From Candidatus Multivorans sp. (GTDB taxonomy: Bacteria > Acidobacteriota > Thermoanaerobaculia > Multivoradales > Multivoraceae), in the NCBI GenBank assembly GCA_965224025.1, contig OZ245033.1, positions 4,288,001 through 4,352,000 of the forward strand: 64,000 nt of DNA. The letters are read 5' to 3'. Each line of letters starts with the position of its first letter. Position 1 is the stretch's first letter. This document shows, in pieces, positions 1 through 11,148 of this stretch. A model generated the notes under the pieces. The model did not search any database, was not told the origin of the DNA, and worked only from the letters and a program-made list of their open reading frames with translations. Both the position numbers and the translations under genes were made by a program.

Positions 1-1
1 C

Positions 2-1882
2 AGGGCTTGTTGCGCCAACTCCTGGGAACCCGGGTGGCGCGATCCGCGCCACCCGCAAACCACTCCGTGCGCCCGTCTTCGGGCGCGCGGATGGCACGCG
101 GGCGTCTCGCCCGCATCCGGTCTCCGCCTCGCCGTCCTGATCCCGGCTCTCCTCGCCGCTTCAGCCAGCGTCGCTCAGGATGACGCGCCCCCGCCCAACC
201 CCCTCCGCAACGCCTACTTCGGCGACCTCCACGTCCACACCCGCTACTCCTTCGACGCCTACCAGTTCGCGGTCCGCACCGAACCCGACGACGCCTACCG
301 CTACGCGAGGGGAGAGTCGATCGACCACCCGGGCGGCTTCCGCTTTCAGCTAAAGGGCCAGCCGCTCGACTTTCTGGCCGTCACCGATCACGGCCAGTTC
401 CTCGATGCGATGCCGGCAGTAGACGACCCCGAGAGCCCCTTCTTCGCGAGGATCTTCACCTGCGCCGGCCGTTCGGGGGCCGACGACGAGGAACCGGACC
501 CGGGCGGCCCCAACGCCTGGCAGGCGATCATCGAAGCAGCGGAAGCGCACTACGAACCCGGCGCCTTCACCACCTTCATCGGCTACGAGTTCACGGCCTT
601 CTCGGAGGGCCGGGGCAACCTGCACCGCAACGTGATCTTCCGCGGCGAGGCCCCGCCCGCGCCCTTCACGGTCGACACGTCGCAGGACCCGGAGGATCTC
701 TGGCAGTGGCTCGACGAGCTGCGCGCCGGCGGGGTCGAGGCGCTCGCCATCCCGCACAACTCGAACGGCAGCAACGGCCACATGTTCAGGCTCGATACGG
801 TCTCGGGCGAAGCCCTCGACGTCGCCTACGCCGAGCAACGCAACCGCAACGAACCCCTGGTCGAGATCACCCAGATCAAGGGCACGTCGGACACCCACCC
901 CCTGCTGTCCCCGAACGACGAATGGGCCGACTTCGAGATCTACGCCTACCGGATCGGCACCACGCTGCCCAGCAAGGCCCCGGGCAGCTACGTTCGCGAG
1001 GCCTACCGGAACGGCCAGATGCTGCAGGACACCCGGGGCTTCAATCCGTTCCGCTTCGGCCTGATCGGTTCCACCGACTCCCACAACGCCGGCGGCACGC
1101 CCGAGGAGTCCAACTTCCACGGCAAGATCGGCACCGGCGACGGCACGCCCCAGCGGCGCGGCGCCGTGCCGCTCGCTCAACCGCTTCCGGACGGCGAGCT
1201 CTACACGAAGAACAACAACCGCTACTTCGGCGCCTCCGGCCTGGCCGGGGTCTGGGCCGAGGAGAACACCCGCGAGTCGATCTACGACGCGCTGCGGCGC
1301 AAGGAGACCTTCGCCACCACCGGTCCACGCATTCGGATCCGCTTCTTCGCCGGCTATGACTACGGCGACGACCTCGTCTCCGACCCGGAGATGACCGCGA
1401 AGGCCTCTGCGGGCGGCGTGCCGATGGGCGGCGACCTGCTCGCTGCCGGCGGCGAAAGCCCGCGCTTCCTGCTCTGGGCCGCCCGCGACAGGGACAGCGC
1501 CGCGCTGCAGCGCCTGCAGGTGGTCAAGGTCTGGGCCGAGGTCGGCGAGGCGCGGGAGCAGATCGTCGATGTCGCCTGCGCCGACGGCGGCGGGCCCTCG
1601 GGAGACCCGCCCCGATGCCCCGACAACGGCGCCACGGTCGACCTTTCCGACTGCAGCACCTCCGAAGACTCAGGCGCCGCCGAACTCTCGGCGATGTGGA
1701 GCGACCCGGACTTCGACGGCGCGCAGCGCGCGCTCTACTACGTGCGAGTGCTCGAGAACCCGAGCTGCCGCTGGTCGACCTGGGACGCGATCCGGGCCGG
1801 AGTCGAGCCGCGGCCGGACCTTCCGGCGACGATCCAGGAGCGCGCCTGGTCGTCGCCGATCTGGTACGTGCCGGGCGAGTAG
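2..1882 (+). CDS. DUF3604 domain-containing secreted protein (PHP-like metal-dependent hydrolase fold); 5' end uncertain
   Basis: The frame of ORF 410..1882 is open back to the window start. It reads LAVLIPALLAASASVAQD (signal-like), then NAYFGDLHVHTRYSFDAY, AVTDHG, IPHNSNGSNG, GSTDSHN and C-terminal QERAWSSPIWY, all typical of DUF3604. There is no in-frame start before 410 (the ATG at 91 is out of frame). Confidence 0.85.
   Translation, partial: RACCANSWEPGWRDPRHPQTTPCARLRARGWHAGVSPASGLRLAVLIPALLAASASVAQDDAPPPNPLRNAYFGDLHVHTRYSFDAYQFAVRTEPDDAYRYARGESIDHPGGFRFQLKGQPLDFLAVTDHGQFLDAMPAVDDPESPFFARIFTCAGRSGADDEEPDPGGPNAWQAIIEAAEAHYEPGAFTTFIGYEFTAFSEGRGNLHRNVIFRGEAPPAPFTVDTSQDPEDLWQWLDELRAGGVEALAIPHNSNGSNGHMFRLDTVSGEALDVAYAEQRNRNEPLVEITQIKGTSDTHPLLSPNDEWADFEIYAYRIGTTLPSKAPGSYVREAYRNGQMLQDTRGFNPFRFGLIGSTDSHNAGGTPEESNFHGKIGTGDGTPQRRGAVPLAQPLPDGELYTKNNNRYFGASGLAGVWAEENTRESIYDALRRKETFATTGPRIRIRFFAGYDYGDDLVSDPEMTAKASAGGVPMGGDLLAAGGESPRFLLWAARDRDSAALQRLQVVKVWAEVGEAREQIVDVACADGGGPSGDPPRCPDNGATVDLSDCSTSEDSGAAELSAMWSDPDFDGAQRALYYVRVLENPSCRWSTWDAIRAGVEPRPDLPATIQERAWSSPIWYVPGE
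92..120 (-). repeat. REP-like palindromic element, copy 1
   Basis: GGCACGCGGGCGTCTCGCCCGCATCCGG; its reverse complement closely matches the copy at 60543-60574 (CCGGATGCGGGCGGGACGCCCGCGCTCCCAGG). Internal hairpin GCGGGCG-TCT-CGCCCGC. Confidence 0.6.
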
Positions 1883-1934
1883 GTGGGTCTACAATGGCCG
1901 GCACACTCGAAGGTCACCGTCAGGGAGGAGCTCG

Positions 1935-3002
1935 ATGAGCAACAAGGGTCGTACTCGCATCGCCTTCGTACTCGCCGCCGCAATCGCCTGTGCCGGCGCC
2001 GTGGCAGGCGACGACATCCCGAGGACGTCCAGCGGCAAGCCGGACTTCTCCGGCAACTACGACATCGCCACCCTGACGCCGGTGCAACGGAGTCCCGAGT
2101 TGGGAGAGCGCCTCACCTTGACGCTGGAGGAAGCCCAGGCGATCAGCGACCGGGAGGCCCAGAACATCGACCAGAGGGCGCGGGCCAGCGATCCGAACCG
2201 GGACGCTCCGCCGGTCGGCGGCAGCGTCGGTGGCTACAACTACTTCTTCATGGACCGCGGCACCAGCGCCATCACGGTCGACGGCAAGTACCGGACCTCC
2301 CTGCTCGTCGACCCGCCGAACGGCCGCTTCCCGCCACTCACCGAGCGCGGGAAGGCCCGCCGGCAGGGGCTCTACGGATTCTCGAAGCGGAACACCGGCC
2401 CGGCCTGGTGGCGCGATCTCGAGGTCGGTCCCTACGACAACCCCGAGTCGCTTTCAATCGCCGACCGCTGCGTCTTCTCCCTGGAAGCGACGATCCCGAT
2501 CTACCCCAAGAACTACAACAACATCAAGACGATCGTGCAGACCGACACGCACCTGACGATTCTGATCGAGTGGATGCACTACGCGCGGGTCATTCCCATC
2601 AGTCCGTCCAGGCAGGAAGCCCGGCATCTGCCGCCCGAGATCCGTTCGCGCGCCGGCGACCCGGTCGCCTGGTGGGAGGGCGACACGCTCGTTGTCGACA
2701 CGACGAACTTCCTGGAAGAGAAGTGGGGCGCGACGACTCTCTTCGGCGAACCCTCCCCGCCCGCCGACCAGCATGTGGTCGAACGCTTCTCGTTCCAAGA
2801 CCAGAACACCCTGCTCTACCGGTTCACGCTCGAGAGCGGCGACTGGGAAGCGCCCTACAGCGGCGAGTACACCTGGCCGACCACCGCCGGCAAGCTCTAC
2901 GAGTTCGCCTGCCACGAAGGGAACTACGCCACCGGGAACACCCTGCGGGGGGCGCGGCTTGAAGAGCGCGAGGTCGCGGCCCAGAGCAGCGGCGCCCCAT
3001 GA
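1935..3002 (+). CDS. Secreted hypothetical protein (C-terminal YE[FY]ACHEGN family), tandem paralog 1
   Basis: GGAGGAG RBS before the ATG at 1935, signal peptide, then IPRTSSGKPDFSGNYD, RTSLLVDPPNGRFP, WWEGDTLVVDTTNF and YEFACHEGNY motifs. Confidence 0.8.
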   Translation: MSNKGRTRIAFVLAAAIACAGAVAGDDIPRTSSGKPDFSGNYDIATLTPVQRSPELGERLTLTLEEAQAISDREAQNIDQRARASDPNRDAPPVGGSVGGYNYFFMDRGTSAITVDGKYRTSLLVDPPNGRFPPLTERGKARRQGLYGFSKRNTGPAWWRDLEVGPYDNPESLSIADRCVFSLEATIPIYPKNYNNIKTIVQTDTHLTILIEWMHYARVIPISPSRQEARHLPPEIRSRAGDPVAWWEGDTLVVDTTNFLEEKWGATTLFGEPSPPADQHVVERFSFQDQNTLLYRFTLESGDWEAPYSGEYTWPTTAGKLYEFACHEGNYATGNTLRGARLEEREVAAQSSGAP

Positions 3003-4060
3003 GCATCAGCGAAAGAACTCGCGTCGCCTGCGTCCTCGCGCTCGCGATCGGATTCGCCGCAGCCGCCGCGGCCGACGAAATCCCGAGGACACCGGGCGGC
3101 AAACCCGACTTCTCGGGCAACTACGACATCAGCACCCTGACGCCGATCGAGCGCAGCCCTCAGCTAGGCGAGCGCCTCCACCTGACCGAGGAAGAGGCCG
3201 AGCGGATCCGGTCGCAGGAAGCGGCGCGGATCGACCTCAGCTACAAGGCCAGCGACCCGGACCGCAAGGCGCCGACCGCCGGCGCCGGCGTGGGCGGCTA
3301 CAACTACTTCTTCATCGACCGCGGAACCTCTGCGGTCAAGGTCGACGGCCAGTACCGGACCTCACTGCTCGTCGACCCGCCGAACGGCCGCTTCCCGCCA
3401 TTGACCGAGCGCGGCAAGGCGCGGCGTGAAGGCGTCTACGGGTTCTTCCTGCAGAACGCCGGGAAGGCCTGGTGGCGCGACCACGAGGTCGGGCCCTACG
3501 ACGACCCGGAGTCGCTGTCGATCGCGGACCGCTGCATCTTCTCGCTCGAGGGAACGATCCCGATCTACCCGAAGTTCTACAACAACCTGAAGACGGTCAC
3601 CCAAACCGACACCCACCTGATGATCCTGATCGAGTGGATGCACTACGCGCGCATCATTCCGATCAGCCCGTCCAGGGAAGAAGCACGGCACGCACCGCCG
3701 GCCTATCGCTCGCGGGCCGGCGACTCCGTCGCCTGGTGGGAGGGCGACACCCTCGTCATCGAGACGACCAACTTCCAGGAAGAGAACTGGGTGACGTTCG
3801 CCCTCTACGGCGACCCTTCGCCCCCCGCCGATCAGCGGGTGATCGAGCGCTTCTCGTTCCAGGACGAGGACACCGTCCTCTACCGGTTCACGGTCGAGAA
3901 CGGCGACCGGGAGGCTCCTTACACCGTCGAGTACACCTGGCCGGCGACCGCGGACAAGCTCTACGAGTACGCGTGTCACGAAGGGAACTACTCCCTCGGG
4001 AATACGCTGCGCGGCGCGCGCCTTGAGGAGGGGGAAGTCGAAGCACGGACCGGCGGTTAG
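2999..4060 (+). CDS. Secreted hypothetical protein (YEYACHEGN family), tandem paralog 2
   Basis: ATGA overlap with the upstream gene; colinear and highly similar to 1935..3002 over its full length. Confidence 0.85.
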   Translation: MSISERTRVACVLALAIGFAAAAAADEIPRTPGGKPDFSGNYDISTLTPIERSPQLGERLHLTEEEAERIRSQEAARIDLSYKASDPDRKAPTAGAGVGGYNYFFIDRGTSAVKVDGQYRTSLLVDPPNGRFPPLTERGKARREGVYGFFLQNAGKAWWRDHEVGPYDDPESLSIADRCIFSLEGTIPIYPKFYNNLKTVTQTDTHLMILIEWMHYARIIPISPSREEARHAPPAYRSRAGDSVAWWEGDTLVIETTNFQEENWVTFALYGDPSPPADQRVIERFSFQDEDTVLYRFTVENGDREAPYTVEYTWPATADKLYEYACHEGNYSLGNTLRGARLEEGEVEARTGG

Positions 4061-4106
4061 CGGTTCCGGCGCCGACGACCGTCCCGAGCGAATCACCGGA
4101 ACCCGC

Positions 4107-5729
4107 ATGCACATGCGCGACGCAAGCACAAACCGTGGACGCACGGACCGACCCTGGCGCTGGTTCTGCGTGCTGGCCGTGACCCTCACGGCACCGGCGG
4201 CAGGCCAGACGATAGTCCTCGACGCCATGCAAGCGGAACTTGCCCGGTCCATGGCAGCTCTTGGGCAGGAAGAAGTCCGACCCTACTTCCTCAGCTACGA
4301 GATCACGCAACTGCGGAACTTCTCGGCAAGCGCCTCCTTTGGCGCCCTGCGATCAAGCAACGAGACCACGCAGCGGACCCTCGACATCGACCTCAGAGTG
4401 GGAGACCACGAACTCGACAACACGAGGCGGGCGGGGGATTCAGGCCGTTCTCCCTTCCGGAACTTCCGGCGGCTGCAGATCCCGGTCGAGGACGACCCCG
4501 ACTCCATCCGCAGCATCTTGTGGGTCGAAACCGACCGGCACTACAGACGCGCAGTGCAGCAACTCACCCAAGTGCGGATGGACGTGCAGGTCAAGGTGCA
4601 GGCCGAGGATCCCTCACCGGACTTCTCGCGCGAACCCGCCTCGAGTGTCGTCGAGGACGAAGAACCGATCAGTGTCGATCCGGGAGAATGGGAACTCAAG
4701 GTCAGGCGCTACTCGGCACCATTCGCCGAACACGGCGACATCTACCACGGCTCTGCCTCGCTCAACGCCGAAACCGAAACCCGCTGGTTCGCAAACAGCG
4801 AAGGTTCCAGGATCCGGACATCCGCGACGACCTACCGGCTGGTCGTCTCGGCGAACACGAAAGCGGACGACGGCATGGAGCTTCCGCTCCACAAGACCTA
4901 CCTCTCGTTCACGCCCGAAGGCCTGCCCGACGACGACATCGTCGACCGGGACGTGCGCCGGATGATCGAGATCCTGCTGGCCCTACGCGATGCGCCGCTC
5001 GTGGACCCGTACACCGGGCCGGCGATTCTGTCCGGCCAGGCCAGCGGCGTGTTCTTCCACGAGATCCTGGGCCACCGTCTCGAAGGGCACCGCCTGAAGG
5101 ATGCGGACGACAGCCACACATTCAGAGAACAACTGAACCAGAAGGTCCTCCCGGAGTCGTTCTCCGTGCATTTCGATCCGACCCGAAGACCCTTGAAGCC
5201 CACGACCTCGCGGGGGCAGTTACCGCTACCACAATCAGGGATTGCGGTCCACCGTGTCACCGTGATCGACGAGGGAATCCCGAGGAACTTCCTCATGTCC
5301 CGCTCGTCGCTCGCCGGCTTCCCGAACTCGAACGGCCACCGGCGCAAGCAGCCGGGCATGAGGCCGGTGGCGCGGCACTCCTACCTCATCGTCGAGGTCG
5401 CGGATCCACTAGCGAGCGACGAGCTGAAGGCCCGCTTCCCGGCCGCGATCAAGGCGGAAGACAAGCCCTTTGGACTCCGTTTCGACGCGTTCGAGGGCGG
5501 CTTAACCTTCACGGGCCGATTCCTCCCCAACGTATTCAACGTGACGCCGCTGCTCGTCTATCGCATCTACCCCGACGGTCGCCAGGAACTCGTTCGGGGC
5601 GTTGACCTGATCGGAACGCCGCTCACCACGTTGAGTCGGATCGTCGCCGCGGACAACCAGATCGACGTCTTCAACGGGCATTGCAGCGCCGAATCGGGCA
5701 GCGTCCCCGTCGCCGACTTCTGGTCATGA
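4107..5729 (+). pseudogene. TldD/PmbA-family metallopeptidase, secreted type; degenerate and truncated C-terminus
   Basis: GPAILSGQASGVFFHEILGHRLEG (HExxxH zinc motif), ELVRGVDLIGTP and CSAESGSVPV. It stops right after SVPV. The region ~5190-5240 reads better in a shifted frame (SYRY-NQG-like). Confidence 0.7.
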
Positions 5730-5950
5730 ACAGGCCTGGAAACGCCCGCTGCGAGTGCATCGCCCGGGGTGGATTCTCTGCGCTGTCGCGGCGGCGATCC
5801 TGCTGGCGCCGTGCGCTGAGGCCGACGCACAGCCTCGGGATCACCTGCGCGACAGCGTCTTGAAGCAAGGGCGACGAACTCACGCGAAGCACGGAACAAC
5901 TCCGGATGGAGGGCCTCGAGAAGCCCTACTTCGTGGCCTACACCGTTCGG
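5726..5950 (+). pseudogene. 5' remnant of a second TldD/PmbA-like partner gene
   Basis: Signal-like WILCAVAAAILLAPCAEA, then in another frame DELTRSTEQLRMEGLEKPYFVAYTV, which parallels ELARSMAALGQEEVRPYFLSYEI of the upstream gene. Homology ends abruptly. Confidence 0.6.
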
Positions 5951-6156
5951 CACCGCCGACGGGTGCCGGCCTCGGCCGCCTCCAGAAGGTAGACGTAGGG
6001 GCAGGCCTCGAGAGCGGAATCGAGTCTCTCAGCCGTTGTAACTACAACAGATTTCCCAACTTCCGCTCAGGGACTTCGGGCAAGCGGGCCTCCGGCCCGT
6101 GCCGACGACAAGCGTCCGACTTCTATGCCATTCCTATACGGGACCGGCCCGCGAGA

Positions 6157-9100
6157 TCACTCGTCGCGAGTCGAGCGTGGCTGTAGGTCCACCAGCAGAT
6201 TGTAGTGGTCGCTCTTGAGATCCAACGACTGCTCAGTCGTGAAACCGAGATCGTGCCGGAACTTCACGTTGTAGGAATCGGCCCGAAGTCCCTCAAACTC
6301 AAACCGACCCTGGTGATCCGTTCTGGTCCGGCGCTCCTTCCCCTGCCCATGAGGTACGGCGCTAACGAAGCCCCCGCTCGCAGGTCGGCCGGCGACTAGC
6401 ACCCATCCCGTCAACCGGAAGCCCGCTTCAAACACGAGTTCGACCGGCCCATATGCTGAGCCCGGCTCGAGGGTCACGCCGTACTCGGCGGATCGCCACT
6501 CACCCCTCTCCGCCACGATCCGCCAAGACCCTGGCGCTAGTGCCTCAAGCTCGAAGTTGCCCTCTATGTCGGGGACAGTACGCCGAAAGAGCACCTCCTG
6601 CCATGCCTGAATCTCAACCGCGGCCATGTCAGAGGCATCCATGCCAACCACTCGTCCACGAATCGAAGTGCCCGGCCCGAGCACGACGTCGATACCGGTC
6701 ACAGACTGGCCGTCGATCACGATTGTTTCGGACGATTCGCCCTCCGTGTAGCCCGACAATCTACCGAGCAGGCGGTACCGGCCACGGTGAAGACCCGTCA
6801 GGCGGAACCCGCCGCGGCTGTCGGACATTGCCAGCACCGCTGGTCGCGACCATCGCAGAAACCTACGCACGTCGGCCTCCATCTCGCCCACATCGTCTAT
6901 CCCAAGGACTTGAACTGCCTCGACGGCGGCTCCAGGAATCGGAGTACCATCGACCGAACGGACGAATCCGCTAATCTCCCAACCGGGGCTGAGTCGCACA
7001 TGGACTTCGCTGACTCCCGGCTTGAGTTCGATCTCGCGGGTTCGGGCGAGCAGTTCTGGATGGTTCACCTCGACCGTGGCGGCGCCGGTACCCGTCGCCA
7101 GTTCCGCTCGTCCGCCCGCGTCGGTCCGACCGAACGCGTACATTCGAGTCTCGCTCTCGAAGCTGACTCTCACGTCCGCACCCGGCACCGGCTCGCCGAG
7201 CTGAGTGACCACGAGGACGGTCAGATGACTAGTCGCCTCCAACCGCAGTTCGATCTCACGATGCTCGTTCGTCTTCAGTTCGATTCCCTCGGTCGCGGCA
7301 CGGCTCGACTGGTCGCTGGCTTCGACCGACCAAGTCGCGGGAGCCAAGTTGTCCAGGCGGAAGCGGCCCTCGCTGCCTGTGTGGACTCGATGGAACAGAT
7401 GCTCCCCCGCTAACCCTGAAACAACACGATTCGACTCTGCAACCTGCGCCCTCAGGTTGATTTCCACGCCAGCGACCACCCTGCCCGAAGGGCCCAACAC
7501 CCTGCCAGCCAGCGATGCCCCCTCAGCAAGTTCGATCAGGATAGACTCTCCGGTCCCAGGCCTAACGGACTCGACCGCCGAGGGAGCGAATCCAGGAGCA
7601 GTTGCGTTTAGTACGGTGAGGACAGGTAGTAGTCCAGCCAGCCGAAACCGGCCGTCGGCATCCGTTGCCACGGCCCGAGTCGCACCGGGTCCAGCCTGAT
7701 TCCATTGCCGGGCAGTGACCGCGGCACCAGCCACCGGCCGTCGACTGTCGTCCATCACGACTCCATGAATCTCCTTTCCAGCCGTCAGCGCGAAGACTCC
7801 GATGTCGACGTAACCCTCACCATGAGGCACGTTAACCAGCTCTTCCTTCAGTCCGGCATACTCTGGGTGGGAAATCCTGAGGCGGTACTGGCCAGGTGAG
7901 ACGTTCGGGAACTCGAACTCACCCCGACCGTTCGAGACCACGCCACGGGCCGCTCCCTGCCTGAGGGGGTGTTCAGAATCCTGCCCGCCGCTCGGACCCC
8001 AGATGAGCCACGCGTGAGCGCCCGCAACCGGCACACCAACCTGATCGACGACAAGACCCCACGGCCGCTGCCCTTTCGCCAGTACGATACGGACCGATTC
8101 TGGTCTAGTCTCAAGCGACAAGGGAGGCAGGTCGCGTACGGTGGACGGGTAACCTCGAGCCTCCACAATCAGCCGATATGCGGTGTCGTAGCGCGCGTTC
8201 GACAACCAAAACGAACCATCGGGCGCGGAGGTTGAACGGCCGGGTCCACCTGCAAGCGAGCCGAGGAAACGTGCCCGGCCGCTGGGCTCTGCGCGGACAG
8301 TCGCTCCGGCTATCGGCTGGCCCATCTCGGTGACTACCCAGCCGTGTAAGGGAGCTGCAGGTTTCACGACAAAGCGTACGATCGAGTCGGCCCGGAGTCG
8401 GCTTGCAGCAACTCTTGCATTCGCCTCTACGTAACCGGTTGCCGCTATAGTGAGCCCCGTCCGCTCCCGGCCAACTGGTACGGCCAGACTGAAGAACCCC
8501 AACCCATCGGTGAGCGCACGGTACCCCGGGTCCGAGCGGTCCCAAACAGCCGCACCGGCCACACCGCGATTCGAATCGGCATCGACGACTCTACCTTGGA
8601 TCGTGGTCGGTTGTGCTAACTCTATCACGACAACTCTCGGTTCGGCCTGGTCACCTTGCGAGGCCCAAGTGAGCGGCCCGACTTCAGCGTGGGCCCCGCC
8701 AATACTTTCGAACACAAACGTTGATCTTTCGCTTCTCGTAACAGCCACGGTCGCCTCGCCGTTCTCGTCAGTCACGGCCAACGGCACTTCATATCGACCA
8801 GTGGTGCGGATGACAACGTTTCGCACGGCCTCGCCACTCGAATCGCGGACGCGAAACGTCACCCCAGGTCCACTTGCGAGTTGAAGCGTCACGCGGCCTG
8901 ACTCGGCCTCGACGGCCCGCGGACCGAAACCGGAGGCCCAAGCGACGACGTTGGATCTTGCCGCTGGAACGACGAAACGGGCCAAGCCATCAGTGTCGCT
9001 CAGAGCCACGGCTCGATCGAATCCCGGGTAGAGCCGCTCCGGCCGTTCATAAACCGAAGGACGACTGTGACGTTCCGACAGCCCAACCGTGGGCTCTGCA

Positions 9101-9648
9101 ACGACGAGCGCACCTTCGACAGGCTGACCGTTGTTGTCCAACACCTTGACCGCCAGTGCGTGCCGAACAGGCAGTTCGATGGGAGCGAGTGCAACAGGCG
9201 ACGTTACAGCCAACAGGGGATAGTGCAGAACGGACGCGGTGGCTCGGGCTGCACTTCCGGGCGCTGCAGGCCGAATCTCAAGCTGCCAAGGACCCACCGT
9301 CGCACCTGACAGAGAAAACGAACCATCCGCACGGGAACGGACCACGTCCGCCGCATCGGACAGTACTCCGGGATGAGACAGTTCTTTCAACGCTCGCTCG
9401 TATCGGCTGGGATAGGGTCGCAACACGATCTCTACGCCGGCCGCCGAGGCGCCGCGTTCGTCTAGCAAGAAACCCGTGACCGCGAGGGGCGAACGCGTGG
9501 CTGGCTGGGCCCAAACCAATCCTGCAACGGTGACTTGGAGTAGTGCGGCGCCCGCAACAGCGTACACCGCCAAAGACGCCAGACCGCTCCCAGCCCGGAG
9601 TCGAGGCTCGAGCCTTTCCGCCCGCCCGATTCTCTTCATCATCAACAC
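6157..9648 (-). CDS. Large secreted beta-sandwich repeat protein (carboxypeptidase regulatory-like domains), paralog A, intact
   Basis: About 1160 aa with an N-terminal hydrophobic segment and VEIVLRPYPSRYE motif. Many repeats of GxVxDxxGxPVxGAxV...TDxxGxFxLxxLxPGxY. AGGAG RBS at 9656-9660; start is GTG 9648 or ATG 9642. Confidence 0.85.
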   Translation of the reverse strand: MLMMKRIGRAERLEPRLRAGSGLASLAVYAVAGAALLQVTVAGLVWAQPATRSPLAVTGFLLDERGASAAGVEIVLRPYPSRYERALKELSHPGVLSDAADVVRSRADGSFSLSGATVGPWQLEIRPAAPGSAARATASVLHYPLLAVTSPVALAPIELPVRHALAVKVLDNNGQPVEGALVVAEPTVGLSERHSRPSVYERPERLYPGFDRAVALSDTDGLARFVVPAARSNVVAWASGFGPRAVEAESGRVTLQLASGPGVTFRVRDSSGEAVRNVVIRTTGRYEVPLAVTDENGEATVAVTRSERSTFVFESIGGAHAEVGPLTWASQGDQAEPRVVVIELAQPTTIQGRVVDADSNRGVAGAAVWDRSDPGYRALTDGLGFFSLAVPVGRERTGLTIAATGYVEANARVAASRLRADSIVRFVVKPAAPLHGWVVTEMGQPIAGATVRAEPSGRARFLGSLAGGPGRSTSAPDGSFWLSNARYDTAYRLIVEARGYPSTVRDLPPLSLETRPESVRIVLAKGQRPWGLVVDQVGVPVAGAHAWLIWGPSGGQDSEHPLRQGAARGVVSNGRGEFEFPNVSPGQYRLRISHPEYAGLKEELVNVPHGEGYVDIGVFALTAGKEIHGVVMDDSRRPVAGAAVTARQWNQAGPGATRAVATDADGRFRLAGLLPVLTVLNATAPGFAPSAVESVRPGTGESILIELAEGASLAGRVLGPSGRVVAGVEINLRAQVAESNRVVSGLAGEHLFHRVHTGSEGRFRLDNLAPATWSVEASDQSSRAATEGIELKTNEHREIELRLEATSHLTVLVVTQLGEPVPGADVRVSFESETRMYAFGRTDAGGRAELATGTGAATVEVNHPELLARTREIELKPGVSEVHVRLSPGWEISGFVRSVDGTPIPGAAVEAVQVLGIDDVGEMEADVRRFLRWSRPAVLAMSDSRGGFRLTGLHRGRYRLLGRLSGYTEGESSETIVIDGQSVTGIDVVLGPGTSIRGRVVGMDASDMAAVEIQAWQEVLFRRTVPDIEGNFELEALAPGSWRIVAERGEWRSAEYGVTLEPGSAYGPVELVFEAGFRLTGWVLVAGRPASGGFVSAVPHGQGKERRTRTDHQGRFEFEGLRADSYNVKFRHDLGFTTEQSLDLKSDHYNLLVDLQPRSTRDE

Positions 9649-9662
9649 ATCAGCACTCCTAG

Positions 9663-11148
9663 CAGGCCGTAGCAAAAGTCCCTGGGAGGGAGTAGTCTAG
9701 GTCGGGTCGCACCGGTTCGAGACGAGCAGCGCAATGGCACTTGGCAGGCGTCGTCGGGAGCGGCAGGAGGACCTCTTCGTAGCCACGAGCGAGATCCGGT
9801 CGGCTGGTAATCCGTTCTACGAGGCGTTGAATGGCCTGCTGGATGCGAACAGGTTCGACGACTTCGCCGAGGAACTGTGCCGGGAGTTCTACGCGGAGAC
9901 GCGGGGTCGGCCGAGCGTAGCGCCCGGGGTGTACTTCCGGATGCTGATGGTGGGCCATCTGGAGGGGATCGACTCGGACCCCGGCATCGCATGGCGCTGC
10001 GCAGATTCGATTTCGCTGCGTGGTTTTCTGGGCTACGGGTTGAGCGGGAACCCGCCTGATCACGCCAGCCTGTCTCGCACTCGCCGCCGTTTGAGCCTCG
10101 AAGTGCACGAGGAGGTGTTCAACTGGGTGCTCTGGCTGGTGCGGGATCACGGCCTTCTGAGCGGCAAGACGCTGAGTGTGGATTCGTCGACTCTGGAAGC
10201 GAACGCGGCAATGCGGTCGATCGAGCGGCGGGACGACGGTACCAGGTATCGGGAGTACCTGGAGAAGTTGGCCGTGGAGTCGGGCACTGCATCCCCGAGA
10301 CGCGCGGACATGGCGAAACTGGACCGGAAGCGTCCGAAGAAGGGATCGAACGAGGAGTGGTTCCATCCCGGGGACCCGGAGGCGCGAATCACCAGGATGA
10401 AGGACGGCCGGACTCGTCTGGCGCACAAGCTGGAGCACGCGGTGGACATGGAGTCGGGCGCGGTTGCGGCTCTGACGATACAGAGCATTTGGGGGCGGCG
10501 ACACGGCCTCCTTGCCGAGGACGCTGGACGAGGCGTCGAGGCAGCTTGGCGAGGTGGCGCTTGAGGCGGCGGAAGTGGTTGCGGACAAGGGCTATCACTC
10601 GAACGGTACGATGAAGGACATCAAGAGCCGCGGTCTTCGCAGCTACGTCAGCGAGCCCAACCCCGGCCGCAGGAGCTGGAAGAAGGACCGCGCGGCGCAG
10701 GCGCCGACGTCTGCCAACCACCGCAGGATCAGGGGCAACCGCGGTCTCTCCCTGCTGCGCAAGAGAGGCGAACTGCTCGAACGGACGTTTGCTCACCTGC
10801 TGGTGACGGGCGCCATGCGCCGCGTCCATCTGCGCGGCACCGACAACATTCGAAAGCGGGTGCTGATTCAGGGCGGTGCCTGCAATCTCGGCCTGCTCAT
10901 GCGCACGCTGTTTCACGTCGGGACGCCTCGCGGCCTGCAGGGGTTGGCAGCCTTGGCGCAGCCAACCGAAACCTCCGTCTACACCCTCTCCTGGCATCCG
11001 ACGCCAACCTGCCGGCAACTCCTGCTCCTTCTTGACCGCATCCTCGTCTCTTGCTTTCGCGACCCCCTTGCTAACGATCACCGCCATTCAGATCGCCTGG
11101 CCCTCGCCTCCTACGGAACGCGGTCGGAGACCTTTCTGCCACGGCCTG
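9663..11148 (+). mobile_element. IS1182-like (IS5/IS1182 group DDE) insertion sequence
   Basis: Imperfect terminal IRs CAGGCCGTAGCAAAAG / CTTTCTGCCACGGCCTG flanked by a CTAG duplication (9659-9662, 11149-11152). Confidence 0.85.

Noticed and set aside
6157-9648. Calling the giant proteins carboxypeptidases or TonB-dependent receptors
   Set aside because: Only the non-catalytic beta-sandwich repeats are present; no M14 zinc motif, plug or beta-barrel is visible.
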